Below, in pieces: positions 23,950 to 37,609 of a stretch of 64,000 nt of DNA (positions within the stretch are counted from its first letter, which is position 1; each line of letters opens with the position of its first letter). The position numbers were made by a program, and so were the translations under genes. The DNA lies in assembly GCF_021869535.1 (NCBI RefSeq), contig NW_026262667.1, positions 6,820,001 through 6,884,000 of the forward strand, given 5' to 3'. This stretch comes from Mytilus californianus (taxonomy: Eukaryota). The notes below the pieces were generated by a model. It did not search any database, was not told the DNA's origin, and was given only the letters and a program-made list of their open reading frames with translations.

Positions 23950-24851
23950 AAAAGAGGGACGAAAGATACCAGAGGGACATTCAAACTCATAGATCGAAAA
24001 CAAACTGACAACGCCATGGCCAAAAACCAAAAAACAAACAAACAATAGTACAGATGACACAACATAGAAAACTAAAGTCTAAGCACCACGAACCCCACAA
24101 AAAACTGGGGGTGATCTCAGGTGCTCCGGAAGGGTAAGCAGATCCTGCTCCACATGTGGCACCCGTCGTGTTGCTTATGTTATTACAAATCCGGTAAATA
24201 GTCTAATTCGGTAGGTCACATTCGTGAAAAGGGAAGGGTATTGTAGTTACGACATAAGGAACATATCCGATATCATCTGTGAAACGGTTATTCCATAACG
24301 GTCAACCAACTCGTGATGGCGTCCGTAAAATTTACGAAGGGATGATTTCAACTTCACCATTTGGAACTCTTGGTTTAATAGCTTCCCTGTGTGTAGCAAT
24401 CCTCTATCAAGGAAATCATGATAGGAAATACAAGCCCGGGAATATCGTATCAATTGGGAGATATATACTCCGTATGCAGGCGCTGCTGGAATGTTGCTAC
24501 ATAGAAATGGAAAGTTCACAATTGGGACGCTGAAATCATCTCTTTTGTCGTAAAGTTTTGTTTTCAACCGACCCTCATTGTCAATTTCTAGATGTAAGTC
24601 AAGATATGAGGCAGACTTAACTGTATCTGTAGTATCCTTATCTCTAGTTCGATGGGATAGATTCGTTCAACATAGTCACCAAATTTTGTATTATTTAGTG
24701 AGAGAACATCATCTATATAGCGGAACGTAAAGTTAAAGGATATTGCTAACTTATTATCTTTCTTCCTAAGAAGTTCCTGTATGAAGTCAGCCTCATAATA
24801 ATTAAGAAACAAGTCGGCAAGAAGAGGGGCACAGTTGGTTCACATTGGAAT
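23950..24851 (-). mobile_element. Penelope-like element family A, 5'-truncated RT C-terminus plus 3' end
   Basis: ORFs 24588-24812 (FRYIDDVLSLNN) and 24247-24567 (KLYDKRDDF...AYGVYISQLIRYSRAC); same 3' end as 31741. Confidence 0.88.
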
Positions 24852-25539
24852 AAATGTTCACAAGAAGCCTTAAGCTGAGATGTGGTCATAATATGATTGT
24901 TTATTATATGACTCACTGTGGAGCACAAGGACCTAAATGTAAAAAAACTTACCATGTCAGTCTTAAGAACTTATGTGTTGTATTTACGTCACCACATGGT
25001 TGGCTGCTTTGTCTGCAAGTTCGAACACAAACCGCTGTGTATATTTGTTTGAGAAAGATGAACAATAGCAAGTAATTTGCAAAATATTTATATAAAAACT
25101 CTGGCAAATAAAAAATTATAACCGTCCTTTAATAGTCTTTTACAGTTATAAAATCCCGACAACATTTAGTAAAGACGAGGTATGATAAGAGCCATTTTAG
25201 TTGACCCTGAAATTGAAAAGTAAATAGTAAAATTCTTCTTTCCTTGCAAACTATGCTGATTCTACTGATAAATGAATAGATTATAAAATCTAGACACTTC
25301 AATTCTGAAAAGTCAATTGTAATGTTACCATAACGTTAATTTTCATTGTTATTAATAAATGTTATATGAGTATTTTAAACCAAATCTTAAATTCTATCCT
25401 AATTCTATCCTATTTTGAGGAAATTTCAGAAATTCAAATGTGACGTCACCTTTTTTTTTTGCGTTGATCTCTTTGGCTAGCTCGGCTGTGAAATTTTATG
25501 TGCTGGTTTATGTTTTTTTATGTATCCGTTTTTATTCTG

Positions 25540-26193
25540 TAGTTAGTCACCACTTCGGTGTTATCATGTATATCCATTATATGGTCATTTGTATAAATTT
25601 ACTGTTTGCAAAAGTATGAATTATTCTAAATACTAAGGATTTTCTTATCCCAGACATATAACCTTAGCCGTATTTGGCACAACTTTTTGGAAGTTTTGGT
25701 CTTTAATGCTCTTCAACTTTGTACTTGTTTTGGCTTTCGAACTTTTTTGATCTGAGCGTCACTGGTTAGTCTTGTGTGGACGAAACGCGCGTCTTAAAAT
25801 TTAAACCTGGTACCTTTTGTTAGCTATTATTCGTATGTTTCTCTGTCCTATATGTTCTCCCATTTATTTTTATTGTAGTCCTGTCATGTAATGTTGTCAT
25901 TTTAATGTTATATTTAACATTGCCATAAAAGTGGGGGGTTTGGCCAGCCACAAAACCAGGTTCAACCCATCATTTTTTTCTTAAAATGTCCTGTACCAAG
26001 TCAGGAAAATGGCCACTGTTATATTATAGTTCGTTTCTGTGTGTGTTACATTTCAATGTTGTGTTTCTGTTGTGTCGTAGTTCTATTCTTATATTTGATG
26101 TGTTTCCCTCAGTTTTAGTTGGTAACCCGGATATGTTTTTTTTCTCAATCGATTTATGAATTTCGAACAGCGGTATACTACTGTTGCCTTTAG
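25540..26193 (+). mobile_element. Hammerhead-bearing repeat family E (PLE pLTR or retrozyme-like); related copies at 37088-37480(-), 27590-27830(-), 28670-28745(+), 46275-46355(+)
   Basis: Dispersed copies share ...cagcggtatactactgttgccttt and gagcgtcactgatgag-type motifs. Confidence 0.72.
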
Positions 26194-27615
26194 TTATAAA
26201 CATTGTATATTAGCCAAAACGGTCGCTCTATATAAAGTGTTTGTTTAAATTCGTTATGAGCCAAGCAATTTTTTAAATATATTGTTTACCCGCATTAACA
26301 TCTTTGTAGCAAAATATATGATTTTGTTCATAAGTAAGGATTGATAAAAAGATCTCAGATTCAGGGTATATTGGCCGATCTTGCAGTTTTGCATAAAATT
26401 CAAGTAACTTAAAGCTCTGGATCAAGTAGGTAAGGAAAAACTGAAAAAATATTGATACTGATATCTGTCAGCCTAATGTCTTGTTAACATTTGAGTGACG
26501 TTGTTTGATATGTTTATAATACTTTCGTTTTTCGAAATACAGACATAAAATGACCATATTATTGCTTCTCCTTTCTCTCAAAAATCACCTGATATATTAA
26601 GGATTAAGATAAAATCATCGTCATGCAATATCCATTTTGTTTTCAAAAGGATTTGTGAAGTTCACTAAGCAGAAAAATCTTACCTGCTGCGATGTTTTCG
26701 ATGATTATTCGGTTAACCGAGTAACAACTGCTAATAACAATGTTGAAAATAAACGAAGAAGTACGTGTTTTCCCATGAGTGATTTTTTCGCATATTCAAT
26801 ATTTTGATAAATAATTTGAAATAAGGAATGAAACACGATTTGGAAACAATGACAGAAAAGGTAACCAACATATTATAATATATCAAGAAAGCAATGACAC
26901 TTAAATCAAAAACATAAAAACTAAAACAAAAATAGTAAAGCCAACTGAAGCTGTGCATACCGTCATGTAATGTAAAAATGTGCGTACAAAAGTCTAAATC
27001 TAATTTTCATCTTTTTCAAATAGCGCTATAGCTGTAATTCCTGTCCTTGATCGCATACGTGTATGTTAAAAGACACCAAGATTTATTAAAACAGTGTTAA
27101 CACACGCCTTTGCGCTATAGGTTGCTTCCGTACCACAATTAAATAATAATCCTGGATCATATTTAATAAATTTTAGCGCTGCATATATGCCTACAGAAAG
27201 AGCTGTTTTACATATACATAAGGTATACAGTCCATACTTGATTAGATGATAAAAAGGTACTCAAAATAAGAATACTATAAACAAAGAGAAATATTCCTTA
27301 CCACGCAATGAAAATGTAATGTGTAACATTTTAGCTATTGATAATGAGAGTACAAATAAAATTGCAAACAAACATAAATAAAAAAAAAAACATTTATTAC
27401 TCTCATTAATTTTTATCTTCTAGTGAATAGAGTATAATAAAACATTAACCGTTTAAATCAATTATACAGGTATCTAACATATGTTTTGTAGGCGAAGCAG
27501 TTAAAATATTTAGCCCAATGTGAGTATTATCCTATTCTTGCATAAGTAGATAATTTTGTAAGATTGTGCAGTTTAACTGAATAAACTCATCATAGTTACC
27601 AGGATTACTTTTTGT

Positions 27616-27660
27616 ACGCCAGACGCGCGTTTCCGTCTACAAGAAACTCACCAGAGACGC
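27616..27660 (-). ncRNA. Degenerate minimal hammerhead (palindrome ACGCGCGU intact, core CUGGUGA mutated); related dead copies at 25756-25794 and 46287-46330
   Basis: gcgtct ctggtgag tttcttgtagac ggaa acgcgcgt c tggcgt on the minus strand. Confidence 0.6.
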
Positions 27661-28037
27661 TCGAATAAAAATATTTAAAGTTGAAGAGCATTAAGGACCT
27701 CACATTCTGAATGGTTTTGTCAAATACAGCTAAGGTAATCTATTCCTGGGGGTAGAAAATCCTAAGTATTTCGAAACAAACCCAAAGTTTTATAAACAGT
27801 AAATTTATAATCATGACCATATGAAAGGAAAGAGATAATGAGAGGAAAATCCAAAAGCATTTCTCGAAGAAAATCGTCCTTGCAAACAACCTATTTAAAA
27901 TTTAATTGAATCCGTCGTTATTTAATTGACCGTTTTGAAATATTTGTGTAACAAATGACTACGGGTACGTTCGAATTGCCATAGCCATAACCCGGCTTTT
28001 TTCCATTTGGGAATTCTCTATTAAAATGTTTCAATAC

Positions 28038-28583
28038 ACAATTTGTAAATGTTTTTTTGTCTCAATGCTCAAACAGCAATTTATCCCAAAAGGACCCCGA
28101 TAAAATTTGCAGATTGGAAGTTGTGTCTTAAGAATTAAAGTGTTGTTACACAGCACATGATTTATTGTAGTAGGACGATGGAATACCTTGAGGATTCAAC
28201 TGCGTTTGTATTTCAAAAAGGATTATAAAAATAAACTTGCACTCTATTCAATATAACTTTATTTTATACGTCTTTATATATATATGCCACAACTTTATGA
28301 CAGACTTTCATACAATTTGTAAATGTTTTTTTGTCTCAATGCTCAAACAGCAATTTATCCCAAAAGGACCCCGATAAAATTTGCAGATTGGAAGTTGTGT
28401 CTTAAGAATTAAAGTGTTTTTACACAGCACATGATTTATTGTGGTAGGACGATGGAATACCTTGAGGATTCATCTGCGTTTGTATTTCAAAAAGGATTAT
28501 AAAAATAAACTTGCACTCTATTCAATATACCCTTATTTTATACGTCATTATATATATATGCCACAACTTTATGACAGACTTTC
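28038..28583. repeat. Recent tandem duplication, 2 x 274 bp, nearly identical
   Basis: acaatttgtaaatg at 28038 and 28312; cagactttc ending at 28309 and 28583. Confidence 0.92.
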
Positions 28584-29212
28584 TCTTCCTGATCCGGTTA
28601 TACAAGGCAATCCTCATTGCTAAAATTAGTTTCGTCTGAATTTAGTTAAACAATGTTAGTTTTGTTATTATGATTAACCCGGATTTGTTTTTATCTCTAT
28701 CGATTTATGAGTTTTCGAACAGCGGTATACTACTGTTGCCTTTATTATGCTGCAGAAAATTTTGTACTTCACTTAGCAGGATTTTATCCCATGCTTCCAT
28801 GTCTTCATGGCAACGTTGTCTGCACTAAATTTCGCCTCGCTTCGTAGAATACTAGGCAGACTGGGTACAAATTAAGCTTTCATTAATCTTTCCTTGTCAT
28901 GTCAACTAGGTTTATAACACAATATATTGTACAAGCTATATTGTTGCATAAAGATCGTCAATCTTGCAGATCATTATGTTTTAGCCCGTAAAGAATCGTC
29001 ATACTTGAATCATGATATATCAGATAATACATTATAAAAAATAGGATCCAGAAACATTGACCCATTTCTCTGACGTCAGTCTATAGTTCTTACTTTAGAT
29101 TATTTTTTAAGAATCCACTGACCACAGTGTTAACTTAAGAAAACTTATATTATAACTTTTAACTTTTAACTTACGATCTTCTATCCTCTCAAAATCGAGT
29201 TTCATATGAAAG

Positions 29213-29292
29213 GTTCGAACTCGTGCGTATTTTCATCGTAAATCGTTACAGTCTTCAGTATATGCATGATACCACTATACCACGAATGCTGA
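29213..29292 (-). mobile_element. tRNA-derived SINE head remnant (similar remnant at about 31190-31250)
   Basis: A box tggtatagtggt and B box gagttcgaacc; no full cloverleaf. Confidence 0.45.
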
Positions 29293-30366
29293 CATAAATC
29301 AATATTTAAATTATACTCTTAAAACGCTTAATTGTCAAAACATGTCAATAAACTGGATTTCTGTCTCATTGATGATTAACTTTTGTAATCTATGAAATAT
29401 ATATTATGTCTTGGTTTGTTCATCATTATATGAAAATGAAATATATAATACCCCTAAGATTAAATTGATTGGTCGAGAAAAAATTAAAGATGAAAAAATT
29501 TCATTCTGGGTACTAGGTTTGCACTCCGTACTGTTAATGTCACCGCTATGACTTTCATTACCAACGACTAAACCATCACAGTTATGAACAGCTTGATTGA
29601 AATTTAAAAAAAAATTAACATACTTAAACATCTGTAGCAGGAGCAATTTTGCTCGGGATTCGGGGAGGCGTACCAAAGATTATACTAGCTTATTGACTGA
29701 TTGACGATGGATGCCAAATGTAATAACGCTAAAATAATCTAAACTTAATGAAACGGAAACAGTTTAAACAACATTTATATATAATTGTTCAAATAAAACC
29801 GTTTGCACATAAGTTTATTTATTTTGGAAAGCAAAATGAAATGTAGCTATATGAAACGGTAGGTATACGGAAGATGCGCTAACCTTATAGATTTGGATTA
29901 GTACTGCACATTGGTAGCACGCCCTCTGACAATATCATAAATTTTGCTGAATACTATATATAATATATAAATTTCAAAGGTTCTAAATTTTGGTAATTAA
30001 AATTCTTAAACTTTTCAGAACAAGATAAATAAATTCTGTATATCAATATATGCTTTTTTGAATAAATCAAAAATACCAAAATCTCTTAAATTTAAATAAT
30101 TTGTAATGATTAAACATTATAAATGAAATATTTATTAACCAATATGAAATTTGGTGTTAAAAAAGGAAGCTAACACCCCATTTAAGTTATATCAAACTTA
30201 TGTTAACTTGTCGAATGTATAAATATAGATGTGAACCGTGTGGATATAATCATTTCCAACTATTATAGAATAAAAAAGACAAAATACGAAATTATATTTA
30301 TGAAAATCCGTTGGTTTATTGTCAAAACGTAAATCAGACAGTCGTTTTACTAGAAATGGGTTAAGC

Positions 30367-30472
30367 TAGAGAATTTATAAGAAGTGGTGGATTCGGAAAC
30401 GATGATCAACTTGCGACCAGCGTTGCTCGTTGATTATCGTTTACGAATCCACTACGTCTTATAAATTCTCTA
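30367..30472. mobile_element. Hairpin MITE, about 106 bp
   Basis: tagagaatttataaga..gtggattcg..aaacgatgatcaac / gttgattatcgttt..cgaatccac..tcttataaattctcta. Confidence 0.65.
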
Positions 30473-30861
30473 ATACAGAAACAGTGATTATTTTAGTCTA
30501 TTATGCTTCACATTAAAATGCCAGATTTTGATTGGCTAATACGAGGAAGATAATTTACTCTATCCTATGGCTCAGCGGGAGACAATTTTTGAATGTGACG
30601 CAGACCAATCAAAATCGATAATTTAAAGGACAATAAATTGAATTTACATCAATATTTTTCAAGACAATGCTCAAGTTATACGTTTTGGCCTCAGAACTTT
30701 TTCATAGACTATAAATAAAGATACATCTTGCTTTACTTTTGTCGTTTTTCTAAAATATGTAACGTTGTTATGTACATGACATCATAGATAACTACTCTCA
30801 AACTAAAACTTAAAAGACAATAATGGCAAAACATTCAGTATAATAAATCAAATAACACATA

Positions 30862-30976
30862 GCTGAGACGCTGATAGAGCAGATTGTTACCCTTCGAATA
30901 AACATTGTCAACCTTGGCTTCGCCTCAATCGACAATGTTTTCTCGGGGTAACAATCTGCTCTATCACCCTTTCAGC
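30862..30976. mobile_element. Hairpin MITE with TA TSD, about 115 bp
   Basis: TA|gctga..tgatagagcagattgttacc..aaacattgtc / gacaatgttt..ggtaacaatctgctctatca..tcagc|TA. Confidence 0.7.
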
Positions 30977-31740
30977 TATGTGTTATTTATATACCGTCTC
31001 CAATTCTTTGATGCTGTCACATCGATTTTATTCTATAATGTACTTCACTATATATGATTACTTAACGACAGACATTATCCATTGGATTAATTCAGGGTAC
31101 AAAAGGATAAAACTTCAGATTGCAAATCTTTCGTTTCAAATTAAGCCCAATAAAGCTGTTATGAAAAAATTGCTATTACGAATCTTTGTCCACGCAACAG
31201 CGGGATTTGAACCCATGGTTCTGTGAAACCTAGAAGCATCGCCTACACTGTCAAGATCCTTACATCATTCCCCAAGATTTAATTCGTTAGCTTCTTCGAG
31301 GAATGCAACACTAAACAATATGCATTGTAGCATGTTGATGGTACACCTTGAGGATCAAAACTGTGTTTGTTGTTGAAAAGGATTATAATACTTGCCATAT
31401 ATTCCCTTCAGTATCATTTTTGATTTTATAGTAAAACTAAGTGATAACTTCATGACAGATGTCCTCTAGTAGGGTTATACAGGGTGTATACCGCTATAAA
31501 CATTTACTTCGTCTTGAATTGAACTCAATAATGTCAGTTCAAGCAAAGGAGAGTATATGATAAAGCTCTCTTTGATGCCAAAATTTCAATTTAACTTTAT
31601 TTTCAAAATTTTGGAATTAGTGGTGGCTTTATCAAACCTCTCTTGGTGCTTAATCTGACATTATTGAGCACATGATTTATTGTGGTATTTTGTTTTACAG
31701 ATTTTCTTAATCTAACAAATCACATCCGTCAAATGTTCAT

Positions 31741-32951
31741 AAAAGAGGGACGAAAGATACAAGAGGGACAGTCAAACTCATAGATCGAAAAATAAACTGA
31801 CAACGCCATGGCCAAAAATAAAAAGACAAACAGACAAATAAAGTACAGATGACACAACATAGAAATCTAAAGACTAAGCAACACGAACCCCACAAAAAAC
31901 TGGGGGTGATCTCAGGTGCTCCAGAAGGGTAAGCAGATCCTGTGGCACCCGTCGTGTTGCTTATGTTATTACAAATCCGGTAAATAGTCTAATTCGGTAG
32001 GTCACATTCGTGAAAAGGGAAGGGTATTGTAGTTACGACATAAGGACATCATCTGTGAAACGGTTATTTCATAACAGTCAACCAACTCGTGATGGCGTCC
32101 GTAAAATTTACGAAGGGATGATTTCAACCTAACCATTTGGAACTCTTGGTTTAATAGCTTCCTTGTGAGCAGCAATCCTCTATCAAGGAAATCATGATAG
32201 GAAATACAAGCCCGGGAATATCGTATCAATTGGGAATATATACTCCGTATGCAGGCGCTGCTGGAATGTTGCTACATAGAAATGGAAAGTTCACAATTGG
32301 GAAGCTGTAATCATCTCTTTTGTCGTAAAGGTTTGTTTTCAACCGACCATCATTGTCAATTTCTAGATGTAAGTCAAGATATGAGGCAGACTTAACTGTA
32401 TCTGTAATATCCTTTATCTCTAGTTCGATGGGATAGATTCGTTCAACATAGTCACCAAATTTTGTATTATTTAGTGAGAGAACATCATCTATATAGCGGA
32501 ACGTAAAGTTAAAGGATATTGCTAACTTCTTATCTTTCCTCCTAAGAAGTTCCTGTGTGAAGTCAGCCTCATAATAATAAAGAAGCAAGTCGGCAAGAAG
32601 AGGGGCACAATTGGTTCCCATTGGAATTCCGACAGTCTGTTGAAAAACACGTCCTCCAAACGTAACAAATATGTTGTCAATCAAGAAATCAAGCATCTTG
32701 ATAATGTCAGTTTCAGAGAATTTTTTGTTTGAATCAAAGTGATTCTTTACAAAGTAGGATTTATCCCTCCCCAAGACAAGATACTTGTATCTACGTTCGC
32801 CATTCTTATTAATAAAACAAAGTAATACCAACTCTTTCAATTTGTCTTTTAGTTTGGAATGGGGAATACTTGTGTAAAGTGTAGAAAAGTCAAATGTTTT
32901 AATACTATTGCAAGATGAGAGAGTCTTAGATTGTATGTACTCTAAAAGATC
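31741..32951 (-). mobile_element. Penelope-like element (Naiad-type, family A), 5'-truncated: RT domain plus 3' end/pLTR, with frameshift
   Basis: ORF 32226-32975 contains IKTFDFSTLYTSIPH, VGIPMGTNCAPLLADL, FRYIDDVLSLN and YLDL. Thumb region continues in ORF 32002-32229. No C-terminal GIY-YIG, consistent with N-terminal-EN PLEs. Ends in ...ctttcgtccctctttt. Confidence 0.88.
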
Positions 32952-33344
32952 ATAAGAGATAAGTATGTAATACAAAAGTATTTAAATGTTTGAACAATGT
33001 CTTACATATTTGCATTTGGGGCTTCAAACGTCTTGTAATAGGTACAACCTTCTGAAATAGCTTCATTTTGAGATATGGTTATTAATATTGAGAAAAATCC
33101 AAGGCTTTACCCCAAAATATGTATTTTGCAAATATCGTCATGTAGTTACAAATCCTTTGGTTTAAGATTTTGCTCATTGTAGCGCTGATCGGAATTGTAA
33201 TATACTTTTGCTAAAACTACCTGAATGCAACAATCAAATGCTTCTTAACTTTACGAATCAACGTTTCAAACTAACAGTCGTACTCTTGTTAGCTAGTAGA
33301 TAGACAAAGATAACTACACGATTACAAAGTCCCTGTTACAAATC

Positions 33345-33800
33345 AAAGAGAGGCGAAAGATACCAACGGGACATTCTAACTCATAAGTCGAAAATAAACT
33401 GACAACGCAATGGATAAAAAAGAAAACGACAAATAGACACAAAACACAACATAAAAAACCAAAGACTGAGCAACACGAATCCCAACGAAAACTGTGGGTG
33501 ATTTCGGTTGCACCTCATGTGGCACCCGTCGTGTTGCTTATAAAAGTACAAACCCGGTGATAAGTCTTATTCGATAGGCCACATTCGGGGAAAAGGGGAC
33601 GGGATTGTAGTTACGACAATTGGAACATATCCGTCGTCGTCTGTGAAACAGATATTCCATAACGGTTGACCAACTCGTGATGGCGTCTGTAAAATTTACA
33701 AAGGAATGATTTCAACTTCATCCCTCGGAAATCTAGGTTTAATAGCTTCCTCGTGAGTAGTAACCCTCTATCAAGGAAATCATGATAGTAAACGCAAGCT
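33345..33800 (-). mobile_element. Family A RT C-terminal remnant plus 3' end
   Basis: ccaactcgtgatggcgtc...caaggaaatcatgata matches 32080-32200. Confidence 0.8.
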
Positions 33801-34283
33801 CTTGGAGTTAAATATATAAAATGATATTTATCAGGTCGATGGATCGATGCATTGAAATACTAGTACATATGTTAACCATTATTTGGCACGTATACTGTTA
33901 TCGGTGTATTTTTGGGGAAGTTATGTATAAATGAACATTTTAGAACAAAAATTGAAAATCGTGCGGTACGTGATTGTGAATTTATACATCCCGCACAACC
34001 AAACGAACGCCAAACTTTGGCAAGGGTTTTACTGCCGGTTGATAAAAGACCAATTTAATAACAATTTTAAATGCCCCAGTCAACCCCTAGGGTAAATAAA
34101 TTATTGGCATCAGAAACGTGTGCAGAACCAACTTATGTCCAGCCTATTTGGAAGGAAATGCATAATTCTGCGTTGCTGAACATTTTAATCCGTTTGTTTT
34201 ACGTAATCTTGACATCCTGTTTCAATTCTATTGCGTGATTCCTAATCACTTGCCATAACTTACCAACGTCTTTTATAGGAGTA

Positions 34284-34506
34284 CCACGACGGGTGTCACA
34301 TGTGGAGCAGGATTTGCTTTCCCTTCCGGAGCACCTGAGATCACCCCCGGTTGTTGATGGGGTTCGTATTGCTCAGTCTTTAGTTTTCTATGTTGTGTTT
34401 TTTGTACAGTTGTTTGTCTTTTTGTCTTTTTCGTTTTTGCCATGGCGTTGTCAGTCAATTTCGATTTATGAGTTTGAATGTCCCTTTGGTATCTTTCGCT
34501 TCTCTC
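34284..34506 (+). repeat. Family A 3'-end copy
   Basis: cacgacgggtgtcacatgtggagcagg...ggtatctttcgcttctctc. Confidence 0.88.
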
Positions 34507-34747
34507 TTATACAGGAACAAGAATTTTTTTTTTTCGAACGCAATGTCGAAATAATTGTAGCCCCTTATTTTCAATGGAAATTTCCTTTCTGAAAATTGTT
34601 TATGAAGGCATTTGGAACCGAAAACATTATTTGAAATAAAGTTATTCATAATTGTAATCAATTTATTAGTGCAATAATATCTTACAGTATTAACCTTATC
34701 ATTTGTGAGAATCAGCCCAAGATTTTCGCTGATACTCCTTTGACTGA

Positions 34748-34970
34748 TGTAGTCTGAGTAGATGGTCGACAGTGATCTCTGATTTTGTGAGTTCGAACCT
34801 CGATCGTGGTGCGGACCGTTTGTGCCTGATATCAAATGACAAAGATTGACAGTTTTTCCTGTCAAATGTCGATGGTTCTCTAAGGGAACGTCGGCCTCAT
34901 CCACCAATATAAACCGGCCATCACTAAGCCAAGTCTCTGAAAGTGGCGTTAAACACCAACACACAACCAA
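34748..34970 (+). mobile_element. Same SINE family, degenerate full-length copy
   Basis: gagttcgaacc B box; gattgacagtttttcct; gaaagtggcgttaaacacc. Confidence 0.65.
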
Positions 34971-35324
34971 AAATAAACAAATGTTTTTGTATTTTTTCAT
35001 TTAAGAACCTATGCATGTATGTACGTAAGTTGATTGATTGATCGATGCTTGCTGATATTTCTGTCCCTAGTACTAAATCCCTTTCTTTAATAGAAATAAT
35101 TGTTTTCAACTTTTTTACTTTTCTTTTAATGGCATATAGAAATATTGCAATAACTATGTTTGAAGTGTAAAGAATTTTGTATGTTTAAGATAAATTTTAT
35201 GTTTGTAATGGTCCTTTCAATTCGGTGGACAGTTTTGACATTTTGACTCTCTATCCTACTGTATGCGATCGCACAATCTTTGATGAGGTGATTAAAGCTG
35301 CAAATCCTCTGCTTGCAAACACAT

Positions 35325-35725
35325 CTGTATAACAATGAAACAACTATCCACCGGAGACCAAATGACGTAAATGTTATCAACTATAGCGTAATACTGTACG
35401 GCGTTTCACAATCAGCAAAACCCATATCATATAGCAAACCATAAAAAGTGCGACATGACAAAATGTAAAACAATTCAAACAAAATAACCAACGCCCTGAT
35501 ATAAGCAAAAAAAACAATAATCGAAAAACAAATATTATATAGAGCAACAAACGACAACCACTGAATGTTACCCTTCTGATTTGGGAGTCACATATAAAAT
35601 GGGCGGGGTTAATGTTGTTTGCAGGCGCCCAACCCTTCCCCTTATCTTGGACAATGATGTAACAGCAAAACATAAGAACAAAGTGTAAAAATCAGTTAAA
35701 AAGGGCTAAACTTGTCAGATCGATA
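35325..35725 (-). repeat. Family D 3'-region copy
   Basis: Reverse complement of the 48650-49040 motifs (aaacgacaaccactgaa, gcggggttaa, aaaatcagttaaaaaggg). Confidence 0.72.
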
Positions 35726-36100
35726 CAAAGCACACACAAAGCCTACAAAGTTCCGATTTAACAGTACTTAGAAGTACTGAAAGCTAGTTCGAAACAATTT
35801 ACAATCTTATAGAAACAGTAATACGTGTCCTTTTCCACATTTTTTTTTGAATATTTCAGTTTAACACGGGAAATTCTAGACAAAAAAAATAACGACAAAC
35901 CAAAGACGATGTTTTGTTATCTTTTTGCAATTTTTCTACTTTGAAAAAGTGATGTTCCTTTGACACCGTCTGAAACTGTTTATATTTCCCGACTAGTTAG
36001 CTTTAACTTTGTCTTTACTGACGTTTTAGATTTTAATAAATGAGTATATGCATAATTTTTAGTTAAGGATTTCGTCTTTAACGAATTACTGAAACTTACT

Positions 36101-36460
36101 AACATGAGCAACACGACGGGTGCTACATGCGGAGCAGTATTTGCTTACCCTTGCGGAGCACCTGAAATCACCCCCAGTTTTTAGTGGTGTTCGTGTTGCT
36201 CAGTCTTTAGTTTTTATGTTGTGTTTTGTGTACTGTTGTTTGTCTGTTTGTCTTTTTCTTTTTTAGCCATAGCGTTGTCAGTTAAGTTTTGACTTATGAG
36301 ATTGAATGTCCATTTGGTATATTTCGCCTCTCTTTTACTAAATTCTTTCTTAGATACACAATTTTTGTTCGGAATTTTAGCCGTACCCGTAGGAACCTTA
36401 TTACAAACGGGGTTTCACATCCTACTGTTTACGGTGATGGTGTTTATATAACCCTTACAA
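36101..36460 (+). repeat. Family A 3'-end copy (36101-36336) abutting a family D RT C-terminal fragment
   Basis: Family A motifs, then TKFFLRY...LITNGVSHPTVYG, similar to 48060-48170. Confidence 0.75.
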
Positions 36461-37557
36461 TTATGTACGAGTGACGTAAACTTATTTATTATTTTAAAAG
36501 TTAATATATTTTAATCACTGTACTGAGATCTTTGAATATTGACTTTGTCAGGACTAAAATTTAATTTGATCTCAATAAGTTAAATCATAACCAAATTATG
36601 AATCCGCTCGATGCATAGGAAAACATTATTAATTTTGTTTATTATTTGCAATTGGCACGAAACAAGCTTTAGGTAACTGGAATAAGATCGATACATTGTG
36701 TCTTTTGTATTTTTTTTTTTTTTACATGTTTCGAGTTTTTGTTTTGTGCTGATCCCCTAATGAATCATAAAACCCTTTCCTACAGAGTTTTACAGTTTCG
36801 AATAATTAGGCGATTCGGTATAAAGGCCAATGAGACAACTATCCAAAAGAAACCATATGTTTTTATGTTGAGTTGATTTTCTAAAATAAATTATTGAGCA
36901 TTTTGTATTGTCGGGAATTTGATAGCTTTCTATACGGTACTTTTTTTGCTTATTGTTTAAAGACGTACGGTGACCGATAATTTTTTACATTAATGTCAGT
37001 TGGTCTTGGGTCGAACTCTATCTTAATGGCGATTATACATGTACCACATCTCCTTTTTTTCAAAAAATAGAAAAAAATGGATATCTATAAAGGCAACAGT
37101 AGTATACCGCTGTTTAAAAGTCATTAATTGATTGAAAGAAAACAAATCCGGGTCAGAAAACTAAAACCGAGGGAAACACATCAACTATAAGAAGAAAACA
37201 ATGGAACAATAGAAACAATGAAGTGCAACAAAAACAAACGCAAATGCAACATACATAGAAACGAACTATTTGATAACAACTGCCATATTCCTGACTTGGT
37301 ACAGGACATTTTAAGAAAAAATGGTGGGTTGATCCTGGTTTTATGGCTAGCCAAACCTCCTGCTTATATGGCAATGTTGAAAATACCGTTAAAATGACAA
37401 CATTACGTGACAGGAATACAGTACAAATAAATGCAAAAACACTCAGGACAGAAATTACATAAATAAATAATATAACATTTCCACATGTTAACCACAGAAT
37501 AAAAACGAACACCTAAAATTAATTTTCGACAGTACACAAATACAGCATAATAGAATT

Positions 37558-37609
37558 ATGAACAGTGCATCACACGAATGTATCAACGCCACACAAAGTG
37601 ACGTCACAG
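37558..37609 (+). CDS. Possible first coding exon of the fucosyltransferase (MNSASHECINATQSDVT)
   Basis: ATG plus phase-1 donor CAG|GTAAAT, compatible with the acceptor at 38778; would give 341 aa. No independent support. Confidence 0.3.

Noticed and set aside
26359-26395. DSGYIGRSCSF, resembling an EGF/MEGF exon
   Set aside because: Stop codon directly after; no partner exons found.
29404-29676. 90-aa minus-strand ORF with a hydrophobic C-terminus (GPI-like)
   Set aside because: Non-ATG start, an internal T-rich intron-like stretch and no family motif; cannot be supported.
31741-32975. Selenoprotein-type Naiad (in-frame UGA plus SECIS)
   Set aside because: The RT frame has no in-frame TGA, and the 3' region ATGAgtttgAA lacks the stem and distal GA of a SECIS.
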